Source: Camelus ferus (Eukaryota). Taken from it: DNA of 64,000 nucleotides. Shown here one piece after another: positions 12,991 through 25,112 of this stretch. The position numbers and the translations under genes were made by a program. The stretch spans positions 99,140,001 through 99,204,000 of the forward strand of contig NC_045696.1 in NCBI RefSeq assembly GCF_009834535.1. The letters are read 5' to 3'. Numbering within the stretch: position 1 is the first letter of the stretch; each line of letters begins with the position of its first letter. The notes beneath the pieces were generated by a model. That model searched no databases. It saw only the letters and a list, made by a program, of their open reading frames with translations, and was not told where the DNA came from.

Positions 12991-14159
12991 AGGGACGAAT
13001 GCCCACGGACATACATGTGCAGGTGAGCCTCGTAATTCCACAAGCGCTAACCCCGTTCTTACTAGCCGTTGACGTTTTGAATTTATTGGATTTCCAGAAA
13101 ACTTGGGAAATTGGTTGCCAAGTACTAATGACTGGAAAATGCATAACCATATGAGTTCTATGAATTCTACTGACAAATGTAAATGAATCTTGTCTCCGGT
13201 TTATCATGACTCTCACACGCATTTCTATCTCAAAAAATCGTTATGTCGTTAAAGCACAGCAAATATGACAGGGGTTTATGAAATTGCATATGGGTATGAG
13301 AATACTTCTTAAACTCTACCTCACAACTAAGTATCTGAATTTCTGTTTCATTTGGGGGGGGGGGAGGCAACAAATCCAGCTGAACTGAAATTATACTCGC
13401 ATATTTACCCATATCTTAATTACACTGCCGTGATACCAACGCCTATAACGTGAGTAGAATTTTTATCACGTCTCAGGTTTAGCTACATTTTTTCCCCTCA
13501 CCCAGCCCCCAGGAAAATATGCATGAGGTAAAACTGGCAATACAAAAATAATTATTTGAAAAACATTATATGAGGTGAGTTGTTGCTTCTCTACTGGATG
13601 CCAGTTTAAATTGAGCTAATTTGTTTTACCAGTAGCTTAAGAAAACCCCAGCACAGCGGCACGACAATTATATCCAGGTGCAAGGACTTAATTCAACAAA
13701 TTCTAGGTGGATCCTTCCACTCTGCATGGTGGGCCCCATTCTCAGCTGTGGCTAAGAACAGATGCCTCGAAAGCTTCTGTAAACATGATCCAGTGAGTCC
13801 TTGAATAGAGATGTTGAAATGTTTCCAAAAAAAAAATAATGAATGTGATATTCTTATGACCATAATTCCAATATACACATCATTGAAGAAAATGACATGC
13901 AGGAATTATCTTAAATATATGAACAAAATAAGGAAAGTAATTTATTCCTTTGGGTAATTTTTCTTTAACATACAAGGTATACATACACACATGGAAAAAT
14001 TATAAACGTTCATATAAATTTTAAGAGAATGTGTGATGCTATATATGATATATATACATACAGACTAAATGTATGTATATAATATATAAACTAAAACCAT
14101 AAACACCAACATACACAAAGCAAATGGTTTCTGAAAGGACTTCAGTGATGCTTTCAATA

Positions 14160-14270
14160 AGGAAAGATGAGAATGTCAGATGCGGAAAATGAGTCTCTAA
14201 ATGATAAGTACACTTGCCCAAGTTCATGAAGCAGCTTAGCTAGGGAGACGACACTATAGGTTAAGAACCT
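14160..14270 (-). mobile_element. MIR remnant
   Basis: cagatgcggaaaatgagtctc...aagtacacttgcccaagttca. Confidence 0.55.
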
Positions 14271-16069
14271 GCAACCTCCCTTTTTTAAAGTCATTATTTT
14301 TTAGTTAAACAAATATCAGGTTCTTGCCTTATTTACTTTTTAAATAACTTTCTTTAAATGATATTGAGCAAAATAAACAAATGTATCATGATTTCAGGGC
14401 TAGAAACTTAGAGACATGTAATGAGAATTTTATTTTTCCAGCCTACTTTTAAATAATCATTTTTCTCAGAAACCATTATTTTTTTCATTCATTACTGATT
14501 AAGTTAGAACTGGAAAAAATTTCTAGCTTAATATTGTAGAAAACTGTCTTTTTTTTTTTAATTGCTAAAATACTTACAGATGTACAGGCATATACTGGCT
14601 TTGGACATAATTAAAATTTACTGGTAATTACCAGCATAGCAAGACTAATAGCCAAAGTCTCTATATGCATCTCTATAACCTCCAGTTTGCCAATGCTTCT
14701 AAGTCTAAATATATTAACAGATGACTATCAAGATTATTTCAGACTGGGAATTAGATCATAAGACACCATTATTTTGGCTACTCAGTCCTTTCTCATTTTA
14801 CCCTGACCAAGAGTTTTCTATCAAAGTCAGCTCTTTAAAACAAATTTTTCTTTAAAACTTCTGATAATTTCCACATTATTTTTAATCTAGAAATAGTTTA
14901 TTTGTAACTTTAATTACTTCTTGTTTTTAAATTAGGCCACAAAGTTTTGTGTTATTAAGAATAACCTGTAAACATGAGCAATACTAATTAGAGGTATGTC
15001 AGACAATTTGAATTAAACCATTGGGTGGTGCTTATTCAGATGTAATGTGAATAGTCTGGACGTTTTGAAAAACATCCAAATGGGACGCAAATAAAAAACT
15101 GTCAAAATTCTAAACCAAGTTCAGCCAGGCATACAAGACCAGTTCCCATGAACTGAAAGGAAAAATTAAAAGCAGTAAGAGGTCCTGAAAAATCTTAAAG
15201 CTCGATAACAACTTTTCTCATCTTTTGCTAGTGGATCCTAAAGAGGGCGTTAATAAACTTTAATTGATGGACTACAATCTCCGGAGCAGAGATTTTAGAT
15301 AATAATAATCTAGCAATTTGCATCTTCATTAAGCTCAATTTCCTCATATGTAAAAAAAAGTAATTTGGAGGTGATATTCAACTCATAACAGCAAGATCAT
15401 AATTTCATTGTGACACCCATACCCAAATGATAAACTTTAACTCAAAGAATCAAGCCTTGATTGCTTCATTGTAAAACATTTAAGTTGTCTCCTCTTATTT
15501 GAGGAGACAATATTTTACCGGAAAACAGATTAAAACAACGTAGCAACGTACAGAATGACCAAAAACAAAGAAATATTGGCAATCATGTTTTTCCCCCTTT
15601 CAATGAATACTTCTTGAACACTATTACAGGGTCAAGTGCTAACAGGTATGAAAATACTTAAAACCTTAATTCTGAATCTGCAGGAACTCAAATTCACCTT
15701 AGGAACAAAAGACTACAGTGAACAAAATCAGTACACTCTATTAAATATTTCAATTAAAAATCATATCATTCTAAACACTATTTTTAAAGTTTATTTGAAA
15801 ATGTAGACAGCTAAGCTAGTTATCCAGGTGGAGGTACTAGTGTCATTTCTCCTACTCAGGTGAACAAAAATGTTTTATTCTATTTCATAGCCTAAGTATT
15901 TGATGAGGCCTGAGAATCAAAGATAAGAAAATTTGACTTGTAAACTCAACTCCAAATAAATAAAATCATCTAACAAGTTGTTTTCATACAAGAATTTAAC
16001 CAGAGATAAGAGAGGGGATTCCCATTCTCCTGCGATCCTTATCACAAAGCTCACCATAGCACATGAGCG

Positions 16070-16200
16070 ACCTTGGAGGTGATCTAATACAAAGCTCCCA
16101 TTTCTCAGATCAGAAAACCAAGGCCCGGAAATAGTGACTTGCCAGCTAATTAGTGACACAGGCTTAGGTGCCAGGGCTCCTATATTTCAGTATGGAGAAA
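16070..16200 (-). mobile_element. MIR remnant
   Basis: ccttggaggtgatcta...cccatttctcagatcagaaaaccaaggccc...gtgacttgcc...aattagtgac. Confidence 0.6.
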
Positions 16201-16729
16201 CCCGATACTGTACTATGCTAATCCTTAGCTAAAATTTATTCTTTTTCCCACATTTGAAAAAAGATGCCAAAGTTGTTGGTAGTCTAAAGAAAGAGGAGTT
16301 TCAAACTGCTCAGCTTTACAAATCAAATTATGTCACATGAAAATTGTGTGAATCTTTATCACTACCCTCTATCTCCAGTTATGGTGGGCAGTGTTATAGG
16401 AAAATTTCTCTTTATTTTGATAAACCCATGAGGTAAATAAAGTTTGAGCATTAAACAGTATTGATATTGTTAAAAGTGCTAAGTGACCCAGCATTTCTTA
16501 AGCATAGACAGCAAGAAGCCACTGGGGGAAAAAAATCTGCTGTTGAGAAGAAGGAAATACTGTTTTCTGGTATAAGAAAATTACTTTAATTTCTTGAAAT
16601 CACTGAAAATTATGCTGCTTATGTTAAGATAAATGTGTCACAAATACCTAAAAGTCATACCTGAGAGTAAACTTATGCCCTATTCTTCACACTGTGTAAC
16701 ACAGCAAAAAACATCTCTTGTAACTTACC

Positions 16730-17340
16730 CATGCAACTGATGATATGATGATAAAGTCATGAAATATCATTTCTCTGTTGAGTTGTTAATATCATTTTTA
16801 GGACAGTTTAACAATACAGTTTAATTTTAGCTTCAGAGAACATTGTTTTTAATTTCATTTTTTTTCTGCTTATACTTCACAATAGGTAATTACAAGTGTA
16901 ATCATTATTGGTCATTGGCCATTAATTTGTTTTGGCATATGTACCTCAGTGGGCAGTAATTACTGCACAGCCTTCAATAAGATATCATTAACAAAATGAG
17001 AAGACCAGAGAAAATATGTTAATTACTGTAAGTGCTCCATTGGTTCCTCCCTGGAATAAACAAGTCTAACAATTAAGATCACACTTACTTTTTGCCAGGC
17101 TGTATTATGCAGTGCAAAAAAGAAGGGGGGATAAAAGGCAATGCCACATAATTTGAAGAGAAGGTATTTTGGGGGATTAATACTATTTTCCGTTTAAATT
17201 CAAATCAGCAAATCTAATGACCCGAAGATAGAAAACAGTTCTTGCACCAAGCAGCAATTTCATAAAAGTTCACTGTTAATAATGAAGGAAAAAAGTTAAT
17301 TGATGACTGTACCCTATTACAATTACAATGAAAAATACCT
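16730..17340. promoter_or_regulatory. Candidate conserved non-coding element
   Basis: About 600 bp without recognisable repeats, dense in TAAT/ATTA cores and in ATTGG, AACAAT and TAAACA motifs; resembles vertebrate developmental enhancers (inference). Confidence 0.45.
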
Positions 17341-18203
17341 CAAAATTATGGAAATGTTTTAATATTTTTAAATAACTGTAGAGCAAGTTAAAATGATTTC
17401 CTATCAGTCCATGTATAAATAGACTGGGGAATGTTTTAAAAGCTCCAGTTAAGAACTTGGAATATACCAAACTCACCTAGATCATAACTGGTTTTGGTGG
17501 CCAGTGTAGAGTTCCAAGTATTCCTTCACATGGTAGTTACAGTGTATTACTAACTCAAAAGCAGCATCAAAATATCTGTCGATTCAATTCTTCCTGCCCT
17601 TTAATCCTCATTCCTCCAGTGCATTGCTCAGAACTTTCTAAGCATATTAGTTTTTCCTAAGTATTTGTTTTCTGCATCTTCAGATATATATATATACACA
17701 CATACATACATATACATTTCCCATCACTGTTCATTTAAGCCTTGTCTGCACACTGGGTTTGCCGTGCATCTCAGATCCAAACCCTGCAGCTGTTCCTGCC
17801 TTTCTTTTATTGTCCTGAGCAAGTCACATCTCATTTCACCCTCATTCTTCTGCAGTTTCAGACCTTTCCAATCTCCCCTCCAACTGCTCCAGCTGTACCT
17901 TTTACAACCCAGCTGTTGGGAGCCTTTTACAGAGAACCTCCCTCTTCCTGACCTCGAGCAACTCCGACCCTAAGTTACAGATTCTCTGGCCCTTTTTGAT
18001 GTTCTCTCAGTCCGATTCAAGTTCCTCAAATCCCCCTTGACCTATGTTGTTTCAAGTCTATTTGGGCTTGAATTTGATCACTTGTAAAATTATAGGATTG
18101 ACTATAAACAATTAAAACTTCCCATACATCATCGTAATCATTAATAGTCATGCGGTGTAAGTTTTCCCTAAGTTTAGGATGTGTACACTTTAATAAGATT
18201 TGC

Positions 18204-18311
18204 GGGAGGGAGGGTATAGCTCAGCAGTAGAGTGACTGCTTAGTATTCACGAGGTCGTGGGTTCAATCCCCAGTACCCCCATTAGTAAATAAATAAATCT
18301 ATTTAAAAAAA
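18204..18311 (+). mobile_element. Camelid tRNA-derived SINE (vic-1 type)
   Basis: gggagggtatagctcag (A box) ... gggttcaatccccagtac (B box), A-rich tail; TSD aagatttgc at 18195-18203 and 18312-18320. Confidence 0.9.
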
Positions 18312-18609
18312 AAGATTTGCAGACAGTGTTGTCTGAAATAGTAACATCAGTAATCATGGAGGCCAGAAGACAAGCCACGTGCACCACTATGGTTCATAGC
18401 ACAGTGCCTTCCAGTACTTTTTATAGCACTTACTCAGAAACTTAAACTGCTAGACGTGTTCCTCTTTGAATGATCAGAAGAGTCTTTAGCAATGGTGATA
18501 ACTCACTTAGAAACTTTCAAAACTGACAAATTAGCAAATGTTTCAAAATACAACTGGTGTCGATGCAAACATAAAACAATCTCTGTCCTCTGATCTTTTT
18601 ATTCAGGAA

Positions 18610-18795
18610 CCTTTCTTTAGTACTCTAGAGTCGGTCTTTTTCTTGTGTTCCCAGAGAATCCAGGACTTCCCTCTACAAGAGCACTTATTTTGAATCATGG
18701 TTCTCTGTTTTGTATCTCCCCCAGTAGACTGTGAAGTCGTAAGGAAAGTGAACTATGTATCTTACACACAATGCATACTTGATGAATTAATTGAG
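18610..18795 (+). mobile_element. L2 3' end remnant
   Basis: gtatctccc...agtagactgtgaag...aaggaaag...tatgtatctt. Confidence 0.55.
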
Positions 18796-18954
18796 TTAGT
18801 GGACTCAGGTAAGTATAAGTTCAAAAGAAAAGTTTTTGAAGCTAACAAGTCGTGGTGAGACAAATTTTGACACTGAGAATTTTGGTTTAGGTATATTTAA
18901 AGGAATGGGATTTGCTTTTTCATGTGATTGACTTGTTTGTTGTTGTTGTTTATA

Positions 18955-19266
18955 GAGTCAGCCCTCTGTATCTATGGTTCCTCATCTCGAATTCAACCAA
19001 GGACAGAAAATATTCAGGAAAAAACAAATTCCAGAAAGTTCCAAAACCCAAAACTTGAATTTGCCATATACCAACAGCTATCTGCATGGCATTCACAATG
19101 TATTAGGCATTATAAGTAATCTAGAGATGATTTAAAGTACATGGGAGTATGTGCATAGATTATATGCAAATACTATGCTGTTCTATATAAACGACTTAAA
19201 CAGCAGTGGATTTTGGTATCTGTTGAGGGTTGGGGAGCTTCCCCCACAGACACCCAGGGACGGTTA
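18955..19266 (-). mobile_element. MER2/MER2B (TcMar-Tigger MITE)
   Basis: gtcagccctctgtatc...gtattaggcattataagtaatctagagatgatttaaagta...ggattttggtatc...; flanked by TA on both sides. Confidence 0.88.
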
Positions 19267-20504
19267 TAATTATTTCTACTCCAAGCATAAATGCCTATTA
19301 GTTTTGAAATCTACTCTAGTATTCTTTGAACTTTTTCAGGGCCATTCTGTGTATTTAGAGACTACAGTATCTATCTGAAAAGCTTCAGATTTCTATACAA
19401 CATGTATTAATTTATCTGTTCATAGAAATGCTTATATATCATAGAAGTACATACATACATACCTACAACTCATGTATCTACTGACAAAGACCATATTTCC
19501 ATTTTGTGGAAATCATATTTCCATAGACACTACATCTCAGGAAGATACAAGGTCTTAATTTCACTAAAAACTTCAATAGTTTACAATAGAAAAATAAGAA
19601 TCTAATTAATGAATTTCATAATAAATTATTTCCATTTAATATATACATAAACATAGCAACAAATCTAAATCTGAGAAAATCACAACTTTAAAATAAAAGT
19701 TAAATCCAATATAATTTTAAATAATGAAAGAAAAGATGGTAATTATCATTGAAATAAAATCAATCTATGTGGTTGCAGGGTATATCTAAACATTATCTTT
19801 TAAAATGAGCTTATAAGGATCATTAGCTACTTAGAAAATGATCATCAAAATAATGAGAAAAAGAAAGCTCACGAAGTGCCTCAATTTTTACATCCTCTTT
19901 AAAAATGTCCTTAAATTAAAATTTAGGGTTGTCATTAGCTACCACTGGCCACAGGGATTGATAACTACAACAGTATGTAATTACATATCCTTTTTTTCCC
20001 AAGAAATGCATGAAGCCAAAGCTGAGGTGTGATTCTGAGATCCTCTGTATACATTCGCTGGATTTCTGTGGCCTTTCCCTAATTTTGGGGCTTTTGGCCA
20101 CCTGTACCCAGAAATCATTTTGAGCTCATTATCACAATAAGGATAAACTTAAGCACTGTACTTTTTCATTTGAATTTGTTATAGTGTAGGTGCCTCCTCC
20201 TTTATAATTTTAAGAAACCCCCCTACTCCCCCTCCTCCCTTCTCCAGCCACAGTAAAAACCAAAGCATCAGAGTTAGGAAGAGATGGGAAACCAAAACCT
20301 CCTTTTAGTGATAAATATACAGAATAGAGTACTCTTTCCCAATAAAAACAACTTTACTTACTTTTCCTGAAATCCCTATAACACAAGCCAGTCACTTAGT
20401 AGATGCTTGATAAGTACTTGGTGATTGATTCTTTAATTCACACCAAAATAAAAAGGATACTGTAAGTGCAATTTTCAGCTTCCACCTACAGGCTGCAAGA
20501 GGAA

Positions 20505-20945
20505 AATGTCATCGCTGGTACACTCACTGATGGTAGGAATAGAAATGTCTGGGGGAAATTTGGCAGTGTCAAAAGCCTTTTTTTGGAGAGGGTGGTAATT
20601 AGGTTTATTTTTTTTTTTATTTCAAGGGAAGTACTGTAGATTGAACCCAGGACCTCCTGCATGCTAAGCAAGCACTCTGCCACTGAGCTATACCCTCCCC
20701 CTCAAAAGCATTTTTTTTTAAATTACATACACTCTGACCCAGCAATTCTACTTTGGGAATTTTTTTTTAAGGAAGCAACCAGGCTAGTAAGCAAAGGTTT
20801 AAGAATGTTATTAGAGTATTGCCCACCACCTTCATGAAAACTGGTAATAACCAAAATGTTTCACAAGAAATTAGCAAGTAAAATAAACTGTAGCACAATC
20901 AAATACTGATGATACAAGTAACAAAAAAGAGGCTTGAGATATACC
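20505..20945 (+). mobile_element. Old LINE-1 (L1ME-type) ORF2/3' remnant hosting a SINE
   Basis: cactgatggtaggaat...aatttggcagt...tgacccagcaattctactttgggaatt...aaataaactgtagcac. Confidence 0.65.
20585..20701 (-). mobile_element. Camelid tRNA-derived SINE (vic-1 type)
   Basis: gattgaacccaggacctcctgcatgctaagcaagcactctgccactgagctataccctcccc; TSD tcaaaagc(c/a)ttt starting at 20569 and 20702. Confidence 0.92.
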
Positions 20946-21029
20946 AGCTGAGTAAATGAACAACATTGCAGGTATAGAACGTATAGTAAACAGAATGTAT
21001 AGTAGTAGGTGAGCTGTTTACAGGCATAT

Positions 21030-21378
21030 TTGCTATGGCAAAGAAACAATATGCACACCAAAAATGCTTCCCCTCCAGACTGGGCCCATCGGTAGACTGC
21101 CTCTCCTATTGTAAGCAGAAATGTCAGCATTTTGTAGTCTGACATGAATAAACACCTCTCTTGCCATCCTCTCTCTCCCCTGTGGCCAGAGGTTGATGGG
21201 CAGGCATCTCGAGGAGCAGGTGTTCATGTCGGGCCTCCCCTGAGTGACTGCATGGAGCAGAGCACCAGTGCACCATCACCCTACCGTGGCAGTCCCCTCC
21301 AGCATGAAAAATAAACTATTGTGTTAAGCCACCGATATTTTAGAGGCTGTTTCAGCAGTTGAGATAGCCTGACTACTA
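21030..21378 (+). mobile_element. MaLR (MLT1-type) solo LTR remnant
   Basis: tccctgagtgactgcatggagcagagc...aaataaactattgtgttaagccaccgatatttt...gctgtttcagcag...gcctgacta is a typical MLT1 3' end. Confidence 0.75.
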
Positions 21379-21475
21379 TTACTCATACAAAAGAGTGAAA
21401 AAAAAAAGTACTATATATATCAAAATATTAACAGTAGTAGTAGGTTTTTTGGTATTTTGCATTTTTCTTGCTTCA

Positions 21476-21840
21476 ACATCGCTCATATGTGGAATCTAAA
21501 AAACAAAAACAAAAACAAAAACAAACAAACAAACAAAAACAAAGTGTAAATAAAGGACAGAAATAGACTCACAGACAGAGAATACAGACTTGTGGTTACC
21601 AGGGCGGTGGAGGGTGGGAAGGGATAGACTGGGATTTCAAAATTGTAGAATAGACTACACTGTATAGCACAGGGAAATATACACAAAATGTTATGATAAC
21701 TCACAGAGAAAAAAATGTGACAATGAGTGTGTATATGTCCATGAATAACTGAAAAATTGTGCTGAACACTGGAATTTGACACAACATTGTAAAATGATTA
21801 TAAATCAATAAAAAATGTTAAAAAAATAAATAAATAAAAC
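21476..21840 (+). mobile_element. Young camelid LINE-1 3' UTR
   Basis: catatgtggaatctaaaaaa...gggatagactgggatttcaaaattgtagaat...ctggaatttgacacaacattgtaaaatgattataaatcaataaaa plus A tail. Confidence 0.92.
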
Positions 21841-22079
21841 AAGAACTTGCGTTACAATAAAAAAAAAAAAAAACACCTATTTGGTAATAAAAACCTCACA
21901 AATGGGACTTTTGTCCCCTAAAGGTATGATTGCCAAAGATGGGAAAATGAACGCCTGTGTCCCATTACCACAATACGTTGATGAGATATAAGGGAAGGAT
22001 AGAATTTCACTACTGCTCCCTAAATGATGCCATGTTCCGATGTGATCATATTCTTCAGAAAATAATTTAAGCATAATAT

Positions 22080-22430
22080 ACAATTAGTTGCTTTATAGGG
22101 GCATTTTTGCCTGGGTTAATGTCCTTAACAAAAGCCATAAATTATCCTCTTAACTGTTGCTAATGGGGAGCAAAAGCTCGATGACGAGTTTATTTCCACT
22201 CCTCAAATCCTGAACAAATTAAACACCGTCCTGCACCAGCTCTCCGGCGTCTCCACACTTGAGTGGATCATCTTGACTAAACATATCAGACCTGACAAAT
22301 TCTTCAGCTCTTAGAATGACTTCAACTCCGTTTTTAAGCCCTCTGACATACCAGTCAAAACTCTGTTAATGTGATTTACAGTTAAATTAAACATAAAAAC
22401 ATCATTAATAATGATAAAAGGTTAAGGCCT
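22080..22430. promoter_or_regulatory. Candidate conserved non-coding element
   Basis: Repeat-free island between two L1 ends with retained CpGs, CATAAA and TAAT/ATTA motifs, and TGACA (TALE-type) sites. Confidence 0.4.
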
Positions 22431-22604
22431 CCAGCTACAAATGTGGAGAAGTGGAGGCCATGCTGTGCTCGGAGCTCAGTGAGTCTTGCTCAACGGGCAC
22501 TGCCTGGGCTGGGTGCCTCCGAGGGTCTCCTGTCAGGGCACCTCAGCCAGAGCCAGATGACACCCAGGGCATGCGCAGTCTGTGTGCATAAAAATACACG
22601 TGTG

Positions 22605-22885
22605 TAGACTCGCAGACATAGTAAACAATCTTATGGTTACCAGGGACAGAGGGTGGGAAGGGATAAATTTGGGAGTTTGAGATTTGCAAATGTTAGCTAC
22701 TATATATAAAAATAGATTTTTTGAAAGAAACAAGTTTCCTCTGTATAGCACAGGGAATTATGTTCAATCTCTTGTAATAACCTTTAATGAAAATGAATAT
22801 ATGTATGCATATACATGGCTGGGACATTGTGCTGTACACCAGACATTGACACATTGTAACTGACTGTACTTCAATTTTTTTTAAA
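22605..22885 (+). mobile_element. LINE-1 3' UTR fragment
   Basis: tagactcgcagacatagtaaacaatcttatggttaccaggg...ctgtatagcacagggaa...acattgtaactgactgtacttcaa. Confidence 0.9.
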
Positions 22886-22949
22886 GTATGCTTAAAAACA
22901 GTCTTAATTTGTTAAAAAAATACAATTATTGTCTGATTCTTCACCTTTG

Positions 22950-23040
22950 CATAAAGATTTTACACTTACTCATAACTTCTCTAAACCCATTTTACAGGTG
23001 AGGAAACTGAGGCTTAGTTCCGGACAGTGTCACAAGCTTC
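22950..23040 (-). mobile_element. MIR core remnant
   Basis: cccattttacaggtgaggaaactgaggctt. Confidence 0.7.
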
Positions 23041-23369
23041 TGGGGGACAAATGTGTAACCCTTCCACCCGTACCATCGTTTTCTATCTCAGGCAGCCTTG
23101 TTCACTGTTTTCCTTCTCTTTCCTCCATGAAAGTCCTTCTCAGCAAAATAAATCTCACGAGTCTGAGCGCTTCCCCACTTTAATGCTTCATGAGAACTTC
23201 TGGCTTGCCATCTCCTCCCATTCTGCTTCTCTCACCCACCCCAGTTCAGTCTGCAGATTTGATTTAAGTTGTCTGTTTCTCTTTGAAGATTCTTCTATGT
23301 TTACTAGGCGAAATTCTCTTCACTCAAAATCTTTTATCCCCATAGAATTGTCTGCTAGCCATAGTATCA

Positions 23370-23492
23370 CCTTTGACCAGACTGTGAACCCTCAGAGACA
23401 AAACATGTGTCTTATCCAGCCTTGTCTCCCCAGAGCCTAAGATAGGGCTTGGGTCATTTTAATTTCTCAAAAATAAATATATGAATGAATGA
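23370..23492 (+). mobile_element. L2 3' terminus
   Basis: accagactgtgaaccctcagagaca...tgtgtctt...tctccccagagcctaa...tgaatgaatga. Confidence 0.7.
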
Positions 23493-23784
23493 CAGAAGCT
23501 ACTCTATTTTTAAAGAGATATTAAAGGAAATGAAATTCACAATTTCTGAATGACTCCTTGCAGTATGTACCAACATATTTGGTTCTGTTAGAATAGTCAT
23601 TTCAATATTTTCCTGCCTATTAAGAACATCTTTCTAACCCTGGCCTTGCCTAGCCAGCAACTGAAGGCTTTTAATTGAAGCCCACAAGTATTACAAATCT
23701 GGAACTCAAAACATTTTCCTTTATAAAATTACCTAAGCTGGTTTTTTCCTAATGGTAGGGGTACAAGTGGCTGAAGACATTTCA

Positions 23785-24290
23785 GTCATTCATTCTTTCC
23801 AAAATTATTTACTGAACAGCCACTAAGTTCCAGGAACATGAAATTTAATGATGCATGCAACTCAGTTTCTGTAGTCAAACAAATGAGAGACTGGTTAAGA
23901 AGAAAGACACAGAAAAATGCAATCATAATGCAATGGAGAAATGGACTGAGAATTAAGGGTGCACACAGATGTGCTGAGTGGAGGTGAGGACATCACGGAA
24001 GCCTTCCTAGAGGAGGCACCCCTTGATCTGAACCTTAACATAAGGCTTGCGTTAGACAAAAAGGAACTGAAATTCCAAGTGCAGAAGAGATGATATGCAA
24101 AGCCACAGAGATGAGGAAAAAGCGAGTATGGGTGGAGGATAACAGGACCATGCACTGCTAACAGAACATATAAATGTGAGAGCAGGAAGACTTAAAAGAG
24201 GATCCTGGAAGGGAGGAAAAGAGGCAGCAGGCAAGGGATCACTGTTCCCTAAGTTTGAGTTTAGTCTTTCGCTGCAAAGAACCATTTTAT
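23785..24290 (-). mobile_element. L2 remnant
   Basis: cattcattctttccaaaattatttactgaac...ggaagccttcctagaggagg...ttgatctgaacctt...gcaaagccacagag. Confidence 0.7.
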
Positions 24291-24411
24291 ACACAAAAAT
24301 CTATTTTTGAGATTAATATTTATCATTAAATATTTATGTACTGCCTTGTCTACCAGGCTTTGATGATTTTATGCTAGTATTAAAATATTTTTTTAAAAAT
24401 AACCTTGAAGC

Positions 24412-24586
24412 GATAAACAAGATTATATTGTAAAGCACAGGGAAATATACACAAGATCTTATGGTAGCTCACAGAGAAAAAAATGTGACAATGAATATAC
24501 ACATGTTCATGTATAACTGAAAAATTGTGCTCTACACTGGAATTTGACACAACATTGTAAAATGATTATAAATCAATAAAAATGTT
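24412..24586 (+). mobile_element. 175-bp 5'-truncated young camelid L1 3' end
   Basis: Perfect 16-bp TSD aaaataaccttgaagc at 24396-24411 and 24587-24602; insert closely similar to the distal part of 21476-21840. Confidence 0.95.
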
Positions 24587-24715
24587 AAAATAACCTTGAA
24601 GCAACTATGAATCCCATCATTTATTCCATTAAGTTCTTGGTTTTCTTCCTAGGAAGAATAAGGTACTTAGATCCTCAAATCTTTAACTACTACATCTAAG
24701 GGATTATTTCCTCAA

Positions 24716-24743
24716 TCCTGTTGGTCCTGTTGGTCCTGTTGGT
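24716..24743 (+). repeat. 9-bp tandem repeat (TCCTGTTGG)x3
   Basis: Read directly from the sequence. Confidence 0.9.
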
Positions 24744-25085
24744 ATTTCTCGTATGCGGGGGCTTGCTTTCTCTTTCCCTCTCTATTGCTGTTTCTCTTTC
24801 CTTCTTTACCAAACATTTCGTCTTCCATACCATTTTCACAAAGGGGCTTAGTAACCATCTTTGTCTCTCCTGAAATGGTTTCCTAAGCCACCAACATGGA
24901 ACGCTGCTCTCTGCTGACCATCTTTATGCGCCTGGCCCAATCTTTTTCAGTTGTCACGTTGGCATTCATAAAACACATCTGGCATCTCAGGCTGCCCTGA
25001 ATTTTGCAGGAGCAGGGCATAAACCAAATTTTGGAATCCTCTGTTGATAATAATCCATTCAGCATAGCACCTGGAGTGTTTTGTG

Positions 25086-25112
25086 TTTTTTTTTTTTTTT
25101 TTTTTTTTTTTT
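25086..25112 (+). repeat. Poly(T) tract
   Basis: Read directly from the sequence. Confidence 0.95.

Noticed and set aside
16725..16780. Possible minus-strand exon ending at a GTAAGT donor (REMIFHDFIIISSVAW)
   Set aside because: No polypyrimidine tract at the putative acceptor, and the peptide is unrecognised
18204..18280. tRNA-like sequence (also at 20585, 52855, 61433)
   Set aside because: A/B boxes are followed by an A-rich SINE tail and flanked by TSDs; these are SINEs, not tRNA genes
18800..18815. Perfect plus-strand donor CAG|GTAAGT
   Set aside because: Upstream sequence is an L2 remnant with no convincing coding exon; isolated consensus sites are expected by chance in 64 kb
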